This document shows positions 45,584-55,562 of a stretch of DNA of 64,000 nt, one piece after another. Source of the stretch: Armatimonadota bacterium (GTDB lineage Bacteria > Armatimonadota > SYMT01); contig JAWLHY010000001.1 of NCBI GenBank assembly GCA_041690135.1, positions 768,001 through 832,000 of the forward strand. Reading direction: 5' to 3'. The notes under the pieces were generated by a model. That model saw nothing but the letters and a program-made list of their open reading frames with translations. It had not been told where the DNA came from and ran no database searches. How positions within the stretch are numbered: the first letter of the stretch is position 1; each line of letters starts with the position of its first letter. The position numbers and the translations under genes were made by a program.

Positions 45584-47209
45584 TTACTTCTTTCGAGCGG
45601 GAGCCGGCTTCGACCCGGTCCCGCCCGCCGCCGGGGCGGGGCCGGCGCTCCAGCGGAGCACCGGCAGTGCCTGTTCCTTGCCGGCGACCACCTGCACTCG
45701 CACTTCGTAGCCCTGCCAGTGCCCCCCCGGACGGACAGGCGTGTCGCCCCGGTACTTGCGCAACACCCGGTAAGTACCGGGACGAATCTCCTCAAGACGC
45801 ACCTTTCCGTCCGGCCCGATCATCGCTTCGGTCCAGCGCACGGGCCCCCATCCCGTGGCGGTGCGGGCGGCGAGGCCGAGCTGGACGACACCCTGGGGGA
45901 TCGGCTTGTCCGCCACGGCCACGCTCCCCACCAGGGTGCCGCCGCCCTTCTGGTAGAAGGGATGCTCCGCCTCCGGCGGGGCCGCGGGACGCGGTGCGGG
46001 GGCGGGACCTCCCGCGCGCGGGACCACGAGGCTCGCCTCCGGCAGAGGGATATCGGACATCCGGAAGGAGAACAACTTCACCGGCTCCGACTTCTCCACG
46101 ATCTCCCACACCAGCTTCACCGGCTTCTCCGCCATGCCGGGAAAGATCCAGGTGGTATCGCTCACTTGCCATTGCCCATCGCTGGATGAACCGCCGCCGC
46201 GGAAAGTGGAGCCCGGGTAGGACTTGCCGGACTCTCCCACCGCAATAGGTGGCAGCCCCCAACCGCCGGCACGGGAACTGAAGCGGGCGCCCACCGGGCT
46301 GAACACGCGGATGCGGACACTGGGACCGAAGTCCTGAGCCTGGTGAGCGAAGCGCGGTCCGGGTAGATCCGCCTCGTCCCCTTCTTCCTCTGCTTTAGGA
46401 ATCACCTGGAAGCGAGAGGCCACGATCAACATGGGGCCTACTTCCCGGCGAAAGCTCTTGCCCGGCAGGGGAAGGGGGATTTCGGCCCGGTGCTGCTTCA
46501 CGTGCTTGTAGACCATCAGGTCGCCTTCCACCGATACCAGCTTCCTGGCTTTCGAGTGCGGGGAACCGAGATGCAACCCGCCGACCCACTCATCCGGAAA
46601 CTGGTTGGAGTATCCCCCGTAATAGCCGCCGTTTTGATTGGGAGCCTGCAGCACATTTCCCTGGTCGTCGCGCGCCAGCACGTTGTCGAGCCCGGCCACG
46701 GTGTCTCCGTCGCCGTTGGGAATCTCCGCCGCCACCTGGAGATTCAGGCTGCTGTTGCTGTAGCTGGCCCCCGGACCCGCGAAGTTGACGTGACGGTTCT
46801 CGTTGACGCTGACTGAGCGCACGCTGAGCTGCACGCCGCTCTTCTGGACGACCCCCACCGGCTTGCCCGCCGGCGCCCCGCCGGTGAGATAGAGCATGTA
46901 CCGGCCACCGTTGCGGTTGGGCTGGAGATTGAAGCGCGCACAGAGATCCCGCAGGGCGCGGCCGAGGGTGGCATTCGACCAATCGAAGGTCACACGCTCG
47001 GAGGCGAGGTGACCGGCCGAGAGATCGAGGGGAATGCCCGAGGCCTCGCCCAGTTTCTTCAAAGCCTCGCTCAGGGGGGCGTCCTGGATCTTCAGGGCGA
47101 TCTTCGGGTTATCCGCGCGAGCCGGGCCGGAACCGGCTGCAAAAAGGGCCGCGGAAAGTATCGCCCCGGAGGCCAGCGGATAAGGAATACGGGAAGCGGA
47201 GCGGGTCAT
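45584..47209 (-). CDS. Secreted protein paralogous to 43820-45547
   Basis: Shares ADNPK, DDQGN.L, PDEW, EGDL..YK, FSFRM.D.PLP, FY..GGGTL, RPGTYRVLR and GHWQ motifs. Confidence 0.75.
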   Translation of the reverse strand: MTRSASRIPYPLASGAILSAALFAAGSGPARADNPKIALKIQDAPLSEALKKLGEASGIPLDLSAGHLASERVTFDWSNATLGRALRDLCARFNLQPNRNGGRYMLYLTGGAPAGKPVGVVQKSGVQLSVRSVSVNENRHVNFAGPGASYSNSSLNLQVAAEIPNGDGDTVAGLDNVLARDDQGNVLQAPNQNGGYYGGYSNQFPDEWVGGLHLGSPHSKARKLVSVEGDLMVYKHVKQHRAEIPLPLPGKSFRREVGPMLIVASRFQVIPKAEEEGDEADLPGPRFAHQAQDFGPSVRIRVFSPVGARFSSRAGGWGLPPIAVGESGKSYPGSTFRGGGSSSDGQWQVSDTTWIFPGMAEKPVKLVWEIVEKSEPVKLFSFRMSDIPLPEASLVVPRAGGPAPAPRPAAPPEAEHPFYQKGGGTLVGSVAVADKPIPQGVVQLGLAARTATGWGPVRWTEAMIGPDGKVRLEEIRPGTYRVLRKYRGDTPVRPGGHWQGYEVRVQVVAGKEQALPVLRWSAGPAPAAGGTGSKPAPARKK

Positions 47210-47484
47210 TACGGATCTCCCAAGCCCGCCGGAGCGAGGCATCGCCTCGGCACATGGGGACGTGCGGCCCGGAGAGACGGAACTCCGGGGGGCTCGACGA
47301 CGGTTCGTGCGGAGGACACCACTGGTTGGACGCAGGTGGCTTAAGCTATGTTACCGGGAAGCAGCGGCCAACGCAGTAAGCGGCCGGCCTCGTTCACACC
47401 TGCAGGATACACTGTACCGGGTCCATTGGGCAACGAAGCCGCCCCGGCGCGACCGGCTCACCCTGGAGATTCTCGGGAGAAAAG

Positions 47485-49071
47485 ATGATGTCTTCTAACG
47501 GTTCTCATCCTCCATCTTCACCCACTGGCACCGGTAGGCACGAGCCGTCCCATCCCCGGATCGGCGTACCAGAGCTGGCCGGCGTTTGCACCTACACCGA
47601 GGCCGCCGGCACCGGGCTGGGCGTGGAGGAGAACGTCCGCCGCCTGAAACGGTATGCCTGGGTGGAAGCGGGCATGACCGACCTGATGCTCGCCCGTCTG
47701 ACCGCTACCCCGGAGTGGGAGGTGAAAGGTGGACTTTCCCTTCACGTGTGGCTCGATGCGGAGCACGCACGCTGGCTGCAGGCGCGGATCGCCGAGCTCC
47801 GTTCCCCTCCCCACAACTTCCACCTGGCCCCCGACGCCCCCCTGGACTCCTGGCTGCAGGAGGCACTCCGCTCGGCAACGACGGTCGAGTTGCTCACGGC
47901 GCTTTACCGGGTGATGAAGCCAGCGCTGCTCGACGCTTACCGGGCCCACCTGGAAGAGACGCATCCCCTGATCGACTACCCTACTCGCCGCATCCTTCGC
48001 TTCATGATCCTGGAGGAAGAAGAGATGCTGGACTGGGGTGAGGCGGCCCTGGAGGCGCTCCTGACGGATGACGCGAAGCGCGAGGAAGCGCGGGCGTGGG
48101 AAGCACACCTCCGCGCCTACCTGGAGGCCGCCGGCGGGATTGTGGGGGGAGACGCCGTGATCCCCGGCGCGACCGGAGCAGAGCAGGCCGCCCCCGCCGA
48201 AGAGAGCCCGGTATCTCGTGTTGCCAGCCAGCCGACCTCCTTCCGCGTAGCGGCGCCGGAACTCCGGCCGTTCCCGGCTCCTCGCGCGACGGCTCCGCTG
48301 GAGCCGGACTTTTTCCCGCACCGGGACGCACGGTTCGAAAGCTTCAACTACCACTTCCCCCCGCACTGGATCTACGCCCAGCGCGATCGTCCGGCGGATG
48401 AGCGGATGCTGGCGCTCGTCTGCAAGCGCCTCCTCGAAATGGACGTGCCCGAAATGATGACCTCCATCCTCTGGCGTGCCCGGCAGGAGGCGCTCGCGGC
48501 CGGAAAGCCGAAGCCGTGGGACTACACGGCCGACATGTGCCGGCAGATCTGGGATGAAGCGCGGCACAGCATGATGGGCGAGGTGTGGCTGGCGAACCGC
48601 GGCATCGACTTCACCCGCGTTCCCCTCAATATCGGATTCTCACTGGGCCTGAACCAGCTGGCGACCGCCCGTGAGGCCCACGCCACTCTCTACTGGATCG
48701 AGCAGGGTCTGATGCCGCGCACGACCGGCAAGGCTTACGAGTGGCGCACCGCCGTGGAATCCGGGGATGCCCTGGCGAAACTGTTCATGGATTACGACTG
48801 GGCCGACGAAGTGCTGCACGTTCACATCGGCCGGCGGTGGCTGGTGAAGGAGATCGGCAGTCGCGAGGAGGCGGAGCAGCTTGGGGCCGAGGCGTTCGGC
48901 CGGGTCATGGCGATGCGCCGGACCCGCGCGATCGATGGCGCGGCCGAGACGGAGCAGCGGGAATGGTGGCCCGATTTCTGCGAAGCCGTCCTGGGTTATC
49001 GCCCCGCTCCCCTGGCCGCGGAGGTCTACGAAACGCCGGATGCGGACGCTCCCTGGCTGAAGAACGCGTGA
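47485..49071 (+). CDS. Tandem ferritin-like (DUF455-like) di-iron protein
   Basis: Carboxylate/His motifs DAEH, LEMD, DEARH, IEQG and DEVLH. Confidence 0.7.
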   Translation: MMSSNGSHPPSSPTGTGRHEPSHPRIGVPELAGVCTYTEAAGTGLGVEENVRRLKRYAWVEAGMTDLMLARLTATPEWEVKGGLSLHVWLDAEHARWLQARIAELRSPPHNFHLAPDAPLDSWLQEALRSATTVELLTALYRVMKPALLDAYRAHLEETHPLIDYPTRRILRFMILEEEEMLDWGEAALEALLTDDAKREEARAWEAHLRAYLEAAGGIVGGDAVIPGATGAEQAAPAEESPVSRVASQPTSFRVAAPELRPFPAPRATAPLEPDFFPHRDARFESFNYHFPPHWIYAQRDRPADERMLALVCKRLLEMDVPEMMTSILWRARQEALAAGKPKPWDYTADMCRQIWDEARHSMMGEVWLANRGIDFTRVPLNIGFSLGLNQLATAREAHATLYWIEQGLMPRTTGKAYEWRTAVESGDALAKLFMDYDWADEVLHVHIGRRWLVKEIGSREEAEQLGAEAFGRVMAMRRTRAIDGAAETEQREWWPDFCEAVLGYRPAPLAAEVYETPDADAPWLKNA

Positions 49072-49346
49072 TCGCCCGTTGCAGAATACTCTCAATGCCC
49101 CAATGGGAGGGTACGGGCGTACCCGGCGCGAAGATAGGGGTATCCTGTAGCAGGTGACGCAAGCGCCTGCTCCGCGTCTGGATAGTTAGGGCGCGCGCGT
49201 GGTCTTCACGCGACGAGTAGATTCTTTTCCCGGCTCACCGGTCGATCCTCGCTTGCACCCGTAGGATGGGCCGGGCGTATCGTTCCTGACGGGAGCCGGG
49301 TCGGTAGGCGTGCAGCTTCTACCAACTCTCACCGGAGACAACACTG

Positions 49347-49865
49347 ATGCGATTCAAAACGTTTGCTGCGATGGGCGCCGCTGTCGTCGTTGCGGGCGCC
49401 GTTTGGGCGGCCCAGGGCAAGTTGAATGCCGACTGGTCCAGCCCCACCAAGGGTACCTTCGCCGCACCCGCCGCCGAGGTGGGCACCATGCCAAGCAAGG
49501 AGTCCCCGTGGACCGTCACCACGATCACCTCTTCGGTGAAGGGCAAGCCGGTTCCGGGCAAGGCGGTCAGCCTCACGGGCGAGATCGTGGACCTCTCCTG
49601 CTACCTGCAGGTGGGCAAGCATGGCGACAAACATCGCGACTGCGGCCAGAAGTGCGTCCGCAACGGCCAGCCGGTGGGCCTGGTCACGCAGGACGGCAGC
49701 GTCTACATGCTCATCGATGAAGAGCACGATCCGCGCCGCGACGGTCTTACCAACTTCCGCCAGTTTGCCGTCGACAACATGGCTTACGTGGTCAAAGTCA
49801 ACGGTACGCTGACGAAGGTGGACGACCAGAAGGCCCTTTACGTCCAGGGCTACTTGAAGAAGTAG
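49347..49865 (+). CDS. Secreted Cys/His-motif protein of unknown function
   Basis: Signal peptide; GEIVDLSCY....HGDKHRDCGQKC..GQPVG motif; GGAGA RBS. Confidence 0.75.
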   Translation: MRFKTFAAMGAAVVVAGAVWAAQGKLNADWSSPTKGTFAAPAAEVGTMPSKESPWTVTTITSSVKGKPVPGKAVSLTGEIVDLSCYLQVGKHGDKHRDCGQKCVRNGQPVGLVTQDGSVYMLIDEEHDPRRDGLTNFRQFAVDNMAYVVKVNGTLTKVDDQKALYVQGYLKK

Positions 49866-49887
49866 CTCCCATCGGAACCAGGTACGC

Positions 49888-50949
49888 ATGAAGTACAGCA
49901 AACGACACTGGCTGCCCGGCATCCTCGGCGGTAGCCTGGTGGCTCTCGTGGGGATTACGGTGGCGGCTTCGGTGGCCGACGCCCAGAGGTCCCAGGGCCC
50001 CAAGCCGCCGCTCGGCCTGCCGCCGATTCCGTGGCCTGCCGACAACCCTTACTCGCCGGAGAAAGAGGAGCTGGGACGGCTCCTCTACTACGACAAGCGC
50101 CTGTCTTCGGATAACACGGTCGCGTGCGCCAGTTGCCACGCGCCGGAGTCCGCCTTCACTGACGGGAAGGCGTTCTCGTCGGGGATCAAGGGACAGTTGG
50201 GCGGACGCAGCGCGCCCACGGTTATCAACCGCGCATACAGCACCCTCCAGTTCTGGGACGGGCGGGCGGCAACGCTGGAAGAGCAGGCCAAGGGTCCGAT
50301 CGCCAATCCGGTCGAAATGACCATGGAGAAGGACCAGGCGGCCGCGCACAAAGCGTGCATCGTGCGCCTGAAGGGCATCCCCGGCTACGTGCAGCGGTTC
50401 AAGAAGGCCTTCGGAACCGAGGACTTCAACATCGATCACGTGGCCCAGGCGATCGCCACCTACGAGCGGACGGTCCTTTCCGGCAACTCGCCGTACGACC
50501 GTTACGAAAACGGGGATAAGAACGCCCTTACCCCGGCCCAGAAGCGCGGGTACGACGTCTTCTTCAAGAAGGCGGCGTGCGATAGCTGCCACCTTGGCTT
50601 CAACTTCACCGATGGCTCCTATGAGAACATCGGGATCGGCATGGACAAGGCCAGCCCGGACCTGGGCCGGTACATGGTCACCAAGCGCGAGGACGAAAAG
50701 GGTGCCTTCAAGACCCCGACCTTGCGCGATATTGCCCGGACCGCCCCTTACATGCACGACGGCAGCCTCAAGACGCTGGAAGAGGTGGTCGAGCACTACA
50801 ACAAGGGCGGGATCAAGAACCCCTGGCTGGACGAGCGGATGAAACCGCTCAACCTCTCGCCGCAGGAGAAGAAGGACCTCGTGGAGTTCATGAAGGCCCT
50901 CAGCGGCGAAGGCTGGCAGCATCACCAGGCCCCCAAGAAGTTCCCCTAG
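49888..50949 (+). CDS. Di-heme cytochrome c peroxidase (CcP/MauG family)
   Basis: Heme motifs CASCH and CDSCH, with QFWDGRA..LEEQA.GPI.NPVEM and FKTPTLR...TAPYMHDG. Confidence 0.93.
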   Translation: MKYSKRHWLPGILGGSLVALVGITVAASVADAQRSQGPKPPLGLPPIPWPADNPYSPEKEELGRLLYYDKRLSSDNTVACASCHAPESAFTDGKAFSSGIKGQLGGRSAPTVINRAYSTLQFWDGRAATLEEQAKGPIANPVEMTMEKDQAAAHKACIVRLKGIPGYVQRFKKAFGTEDFNIDHVAQAIATYERTVLSGNSPYDRYENGDKNALTPAQKRGYDVFFKKAACDSCHLGFNFTDGSYENIGIGMDKASPDLGRYMVTKREDEKGAFKTPTLRDIARTAPYMHDGSLKTLEEVVEHYNKGGIKNPWLDERMKPLNLSPQEKKDLVEFMKALSGEGWQHHQAPKKFP

Positions 50950-50994
50950 CGGACCGTTCGCGTAAGCCCGATCCGTAAGGAGCTTAAACAAGCC

Positions 50995-51034
50995 AAGACC
51001 CGTGGGACAGGACCCTGTCTCACGGGTCTTCTTT
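50995..51034 (+). terminator. Rho-independent terminator
   Basis: 16-bp stem AAGACCCGTGGGACAG/CTGTCTCACGGGTCTT followed by CTTT. Confidence 0.75.
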
Positions 51035-51153
51035 ATGGTCTATGAGCCGGTAAGAAATAGGCCCACGGATCCGTGGAACGGCGGGTATAACACTCGGGTG
51101 GGAAGCGCCGCATTTCCAGCCAGGCAATAGCGTGCCAGGCTGGTGGGAGCTCT

Positions 51154-52206
51154 ATGGGTAGTACGGATCAGGAAAGAGCAGCCACACAAGTGCGCCGCCG
51201 GCGCCTTGTTTCTCTGATTTCCGGCGCCTGTTGGCTCGGCATCCTCGCGGTATGGGGGGTGACGCGCGGAGTGGCGGAGAGCGCCTGGTGGGGTTCCTTA
51301 CTCCTGTACCTCCCCCAGGCAGGATACGCGCTTCCGGTGCTGCCGCTGCTCCTACTCTCGGCCCGGCAGCGGAATCGCACTGCACTGGCCATAAACACGG
51401 CGAGCCTGCTAGTGGTCGCCGGTCCCATGATGGGCTTTAACCTCCCCCGCCCTCGGTACCCCGCCCCGCCCTCCGCGCCGCGGGTCCGGGTGCTCGCTTA
51501 CAACATTCTGGGCCCGCGCGGAAGTCTGGAGGAAGTAAGAGAGCACGTGCGGAGCTATCGGCCCGACGTGGTGGTGTTCTCGGAGGCACGTCACTACCGG
51601 CAAGACGCCCGATTCTTTCGCGAACTGACCGCCCTCTTTCCGGGATGGCACTCCACTTGCGCCGCGGATGTTTTCGTGGCCAGCCGGTGGGCCTTTCGCG
51701 AGACGCACCACACCCCGCTCATTCCCGCGGACGTCACCGATCCTTCCACCGAACGGGAAATCGTCCACGCGGCCGTCCGCGCCCCGTTCGGCGAGTTTCA
51801 GGTCGTTGGGGTTCACTTCCGGGCCCCCATGTACCCGATCACCCTTCGTAAGGAGCGCCACCGGCTCGACCGCTACTTGAATCACACCGGCGCGGAACGT
51901 ACTCGACAATTGCGGGCCCTGGAGCAATATCTTTTGAAGGTGCGCGGTCCCGTGTTGCTCTGCGGCGACTTCAATACCCCTCCGGCCGGCCGGATCTATT
52001 CCCGCCTGACGCAAGGATATCGGGACGCGTTTAGCGAAGTTGGCCTCGGCTGGGGATATACGTATCCTTCGAGTTTTCCATTGCTCCGGATCGATTACGT
52101 TTTTTGCAGCGCCCACTGGAACACATTGCGGGCCGTCGTGGGGCCCAAACCGGGCTCGGACCACCGCCCGTTGTTCGTAGAGCTGGCTCTCCACGATGCT
52201 CGATAA
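51154..52206 (+). CDS. Membrane-anchored endonuclease/exonuclease/phosphatase family protein
   Basis: Three N-terminal TM segments; AYNI, FSE, GDFN, RIDYVF and SDHRP. Confidence 0.88.
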   Translation: MGSTDQERAATQVRRRRLVSLISGACWLGILAVWGVTRGVAESAWWGSLLLYLPQAGYALPVLPLLLLSARQRNRTALAINTASLLVVAGPMMGFNLPRPRYPAPPSAPRVRVLAYNILGPRGSLEEVREHVRSYRPDVVVFSEARHYRQDARFFRELTALFPGWHSTCAADVFVASRWAFRETHHTPLIPADVTDPSTEREIVHAAVRAPFGEFQVVGVHFRAPMYPITLRKERHRLDRYLNHTGAERTRQLRALEQYLLKVRGPVLLCGDFNTPPAGRIYSRLTQGYRDAFSEVGLGWGYTYPSSFPLLRIDYVFCSAHWNTLRAVVGPKPGSDHRPLFVELALHDAR

Positions 52207-52537
52207 GAAGAACCTCTCGCATCCGGTGCCCCGGTCCTCACTCCTGCTGGCCGGGTTGGGTTTTCTGCTGGCGGCCCTGATGCTGGCGCTCTTCCTTTCC
52301 AGTCAACTGGCGGTATTGGAAGCTCAGAACTACCTCCGGAAGCACTACCAGATCGACGCCGATCTTCCGGTAAAGGGAATTCGTCCCACGCTGGTCCAGG
52401 AGCCTCTGGCCTCCAACCGACCGATGCCTCCACTCGGTTTCTGCTGGGCCATCGAAGTGGATGCGGACTTCATCCAGGCAGAATTGAGCGTCAACCCCTG
52501 GACCCGGGAGGTCATCGACTGGGAGATCGAGATCTGA
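52196..52537 (+). CDS. Small membrane-anchored hypothetical protein
   Basis: Overlaps the EEP stop codon; single TM helix and a VNPWTREV end. Confidence 0.6.
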   Translation: MLDKKNLSHPVPRSSLLLAGLGFLLAALMLALFLSSQLAVLEAQNYLRKHYQIDADLPVKGIRPTLVQEPLASNRPMPPLGFCWAIEVDADFIQAELSVNPWTREVIDWEIEI

Positions 52538-52782
52538 TCGTCCGCTCGATAGTCACAGTTGCCGCAGGCACGCCCGGATGTCTCCCACGCTGTAGTCCAG
52601 GGACGTCACTGTTGGGGAGCGTCCAACAGTGACGCCCCTGTTTCTCGCGACGGCTCCAGGGGAACTTGCGAAGCAGGGGGCGCAGCGGTCACCGTCGTGC
52701 ACACGGCGCTGGAATGCGTCGTGCAATTCACTCCGCGCGTAGGAACCCTCGCTCGGTCGGTAACTTCGCTGGAAAGGGAACC

Positions 52783-54822
52783 ATGTTCACCTCGGGTAGG
52801 ACCGACGGAACCGGCCTCGTGGAAATCGATCCATGGTTGGCCTCCTATGTGGAGCCGCTCCGGGAGCGGTACGCGCGCTACCAGGAAGCGTTAAGACGGA
52901 TCGAGGCGCAAGGGGGACTGTTGGGCCCGGTCAGCCAGGGGCACCGGTTCTTTGGGCTAAATCGGGGCCACCGGAATGGGAAGCCGGGAGTGTGGTACCG
53001 CGAGTGGGCGCCGGCGGCCCGGTCGCTCGCCCTGATCGGCGACTTCAACGCCTGGGATCGCGGCGCTCACCCCCTCGAGCGAGACACCCACGGGACTTGG
53101 CATCTTTTCCTGCCGGATGAGGATTACGCCCACCGGCTGGTTCACGGCAGCCGGGTGAAGGTCCATGTGGACTCGGAGATCGGCCCGCAGGACCGCATTC
53201 CGGCCTACATCCGGCGCGTCGTGCAGGATGAGGAGACGCACGCCTTTTCCGGTCAGTTCTGGGACCCGCCGCAGCCCTACGTGTTCCGGAGTGCGGTTCC
53301 CTCCCTACATTACGGGCTCAAGATCTACGAGGCCCACGTGGGCATGGCGGTAGAAGAGGAACGGGTGGGGACCTTTGCGGAGTTCACCCGGTTCGTGCTC
53401 CCGCGTGCCGCCCGCCTGGGGTATAACGCCATCCAGCTCATGGCGGTGATGGAGCACCCCTACTACGGCTCTTTCGGCTATCACGTGAGCAACTTTTTCG
53501 CGGTTGCCTCGCGGTTCGGAACCCCGGAAGAGCTCAAGGAATTGATCGACACGGCGCACGGAATGGGGTTGCGGGTCCTGCTGGACCTCGTCCACAGCCA
53601 CAGCGTCAAGAACCTGAACGAAGGGCTTAACCGCTTCGACGGCACGGACCACCACTATTTCCACTCCGGCCCGCGCGGAGAGCACCCGGCGTGGGACTCG
53701 TTGCTCTTCGACTACAGCAAGTTCGAGGTGCAGCGGTTCCTCCTCAGCAACGTCCGTTTCTGGCTGGAAGAGTTCCGTTTCGACGGCTTCCGCTTCGACG
53801 GCGTGACCAGCATGCTGTACCTCGATCACGGCCTCGGAAAGGCTTTCACCAGCTACGACGACTACTTCGGTCCGAACGTGGACCTGGACGCCGTCGCGTA
53901 CCTGATGCTGGCCAACCAGCTTACCCATGCCCTCAATCCGGGTGCCGTTTCCGTGGGCGAGGATGTCTCCGGGATGGTAGGGCTGGCGCGTCCGGTGGAC
54001 GAAGGGGGGCTGGGGTTCGACTACCGGCTGGCCATGGGCGTGCCGGACTTCTGGATCCGGCTCTTGAAAGAGCACCCCGACGAAGAGTGGTCGATGCAGG
54101 AGATCTACCACACCCTTCTGAATCGTCGTCCCGGCGAGAAACACGTGGGCTACGTGGAAAGCCACGACCAGGCGCTGGTGGGTGACAAGACGGTGGCCTT
54201 CAGGCTGATGGACCAGGAGATGTACACCAGCATGGACCGGGCGCGCCGCAACGCGGTGGTGGACCGGGGGCTGGCGCTCCATAAGATGATGCGATTGGCC
54301 ACCTTCACCCTGGCGGGCGAGGGTTACCTCACCTTCATGGGCAACGAGTTCGGCCACCCGGAGTGGATCGACTTCCCCCGCGAAGGTAACGACTACTCCT
54401 ACCGCTATGCCCGCCGGCAGTGGTCCCTGGCCGATAACCCTTTCCTCCGCTACCAGGGTCTCCAGGAGTTCGACCGCGCCATGCTCGCCCTGGACACACA
54501 GTTCGACGTCCTCACGGATCCGTTCATCGAGCTCCTGTATGCGGACGACGAAAAGAAGCTCCTCATTTACCGGCGGGGCCCGCTAGTCCTGGCCTTCAAC
54601 TTCCACCCCACCGAGTCGTACGCGGACCTGCGAATCCCTATCCCCGACCCCACCGACTATCGGATCGTGCTGAGCACCGACCAGCACGCCTTCGACGGCT
54701 TCGACCGCGTCGTGGAAGGCACGCATTTCCCCTGGCAGAACGTCCCCTACCTCGACCGCGAGCAGAGCTTGCAGATCTACCTCCCCAGCCGCACCGCCCA
54801 GGTCCTCCGTCCGGAAAAATAA
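52783..54822 (+). CDS. glgB: 1,4-alpha-glucan branching enzyme (GH13)
   Basis: YREWAP, IYEAHVGM, YYGSFGYHV, DLVHSH, GFRFDGVTSMLY, EDVSG, YVESHDQALVGDK and FMGNEFGHPEWIDFPR. Confidence 0.95.
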   Translation: MFTSGRTDGTGLVEIDPWLASYVEPLRERYARYQEALRRIEAQGGLLGPVSQGHRFFGLNRGHRNGKPGVWYREWAPAARSLALIGDFNAWDRGAHPLERDTHGTWHLFLPDEDYAHRLVHGSRVKVHVDSEIGPQDRIPAYIRRVVQDEETHAFSGQFWDPPQPYVFRSAVPSLHYGLKIYEAHVGMAVEEERVGTFAEFTRFVLPRAARLGYNAIQLMAVMEHPYYGSFGYHVSNFFAVASRFGTPEELKELIDTAHGMGLRVLLDLVHSHSVKNLNEGLNRFDGTDHHYFHSGPRGEHPAWDSLLFDYSKFEVQRFLLSNVRFWLEEFRFDGFRFDGVTSMLYLDHGLGKAFTSYDDYFGPNVDLDAVAYLMLANQLTHALNPGAVSVGEDVSGMVGLARPVDEGGLGFDYRLAMGVPDFWIRLLKEHPDEEWSMQEIYHTLLNRRPGEKHVGYVESHDQALVGDKTVAFRLMDQEMYTSMDRARRNAVVDRGLALHKMMRLATFTLAGEGYLTFMGNEFGHPEWIDFPREGNDYSYRYARRQWSLADNPFLRYQGLQEFDRAMLALDTQFDVLTDPFIELLYADDEKKLLIYRRGPLVLAFNFHPTESYADLRIPIPDPTDYRIVLSTDQHAFDGFDRVVEGTHFPWQNVPYLDREQSLQIYLPSRTAQVLRPEK

Positions 54823-54862
54823 GGGGAGGGGAGCGCGCCGCGTGCGGCGCGCTCCCCTCCCC
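54823..54862. terminator. GC-rich hairpin between convergent genes
   Basis: 18-bp perfect stem GGGGAGGGGAGCGCGCCG/CGGCGCGCTCCCCTCCCC directly after the glgB stop. Confidence 0.7.
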
Positions 54863-54914
54863 ACTTCAAATGCCTTTCGGACCCGGCTGCTCTACGCAGC
54901 CGGCCGTTCCGTTA

Positions 54915-55562
54915 CTACAGCGAGAACTGCCCGAAGTAGCTGTTGTTCTGGTCCGTCAGGCTCCACGACTTCTGGAAGCTGGGCTCCTTGACCTCCAGGC
55001 CCAGGCAGTAGCCCGCCTTCGCGGCCTTCACCGGCACGCCCGGCTTGCCCCAGAGCTCGTAGGGCTGCTTGCAGCAAAGCTCGCCCACCTGCTTGCGGAC
55101 CTTCACGAGGGCCACGCCGGTCGCCTGCACGCGGAACTGGTCGCCGCGCGAGTCGAAGCTGATGGGGGTCGTCTTCACCGCCGCGATCGCCCCCGTGGCG
55201 GTGGAGGCGCGCTCCTTCAACAGGCCGACGAACGCCTCCCGCTGGGCCGGGCTGGCCGCCGCGTCGACGTAAATCACCGAGCGCCGCTGGGCGCCTTCGA
55301 CGTCCAGATGGCGGTCGGCGGCGACCACGGCAATGGCCGTGACGCCCTTGAGGCTGACGCCGTTGAACTCGCCGTCGGTGACGTTCCACACCAGCACGGC
55401 ATCGCGCCCGGACGAGACGATTTCGCCCTCGTGGTGGCAGGCGCCCACATACACGTTAGCGGAGCGTGATTCCAGGTATTCTCCGGTCACGCTCGGAGCC
55501 GCCCCGGCCGACCCCGCCAGAAGTGCGGCGGCGAGCGCGGCGCCCAGATAAGACAGTTTCAT
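54915..55562 (-). CDS. Secreted DUF1326-like protein
   Basis: Signal peptide; GEYLESRS..VY.GAC, W.V..G.F.GV.L.G and YVD..AS..QR; GGAGG RBS. Confidence 0.7.
   Translation of the reverse strand: MKLSYLGAALAAALLAGSAGAAPSVTGEYLESRSANVYVGACHHEGEIVSSGRDAVLVWNVTDGEFNGVSLKGVTAIAVVAADRHLDVEGAQRRSVIYVDAAASPAQREAFVGLLKERASTATGAIAAVKTTPISFDSRGDQFRVQATGVALVKVRKQVGELCCKQPYELWGKPGVPVKAAKAGYCLGLEVKEPSFQKSWSLTDQNNSYFGQFSL

Noticed and set aside
51123-51138. Sigma54-like site TGGCAC...TTGC on the minus strand
   Set aside because: GG-to-GC spacing is 9 rather than 10, and it points antisense into the peroxidase gene.
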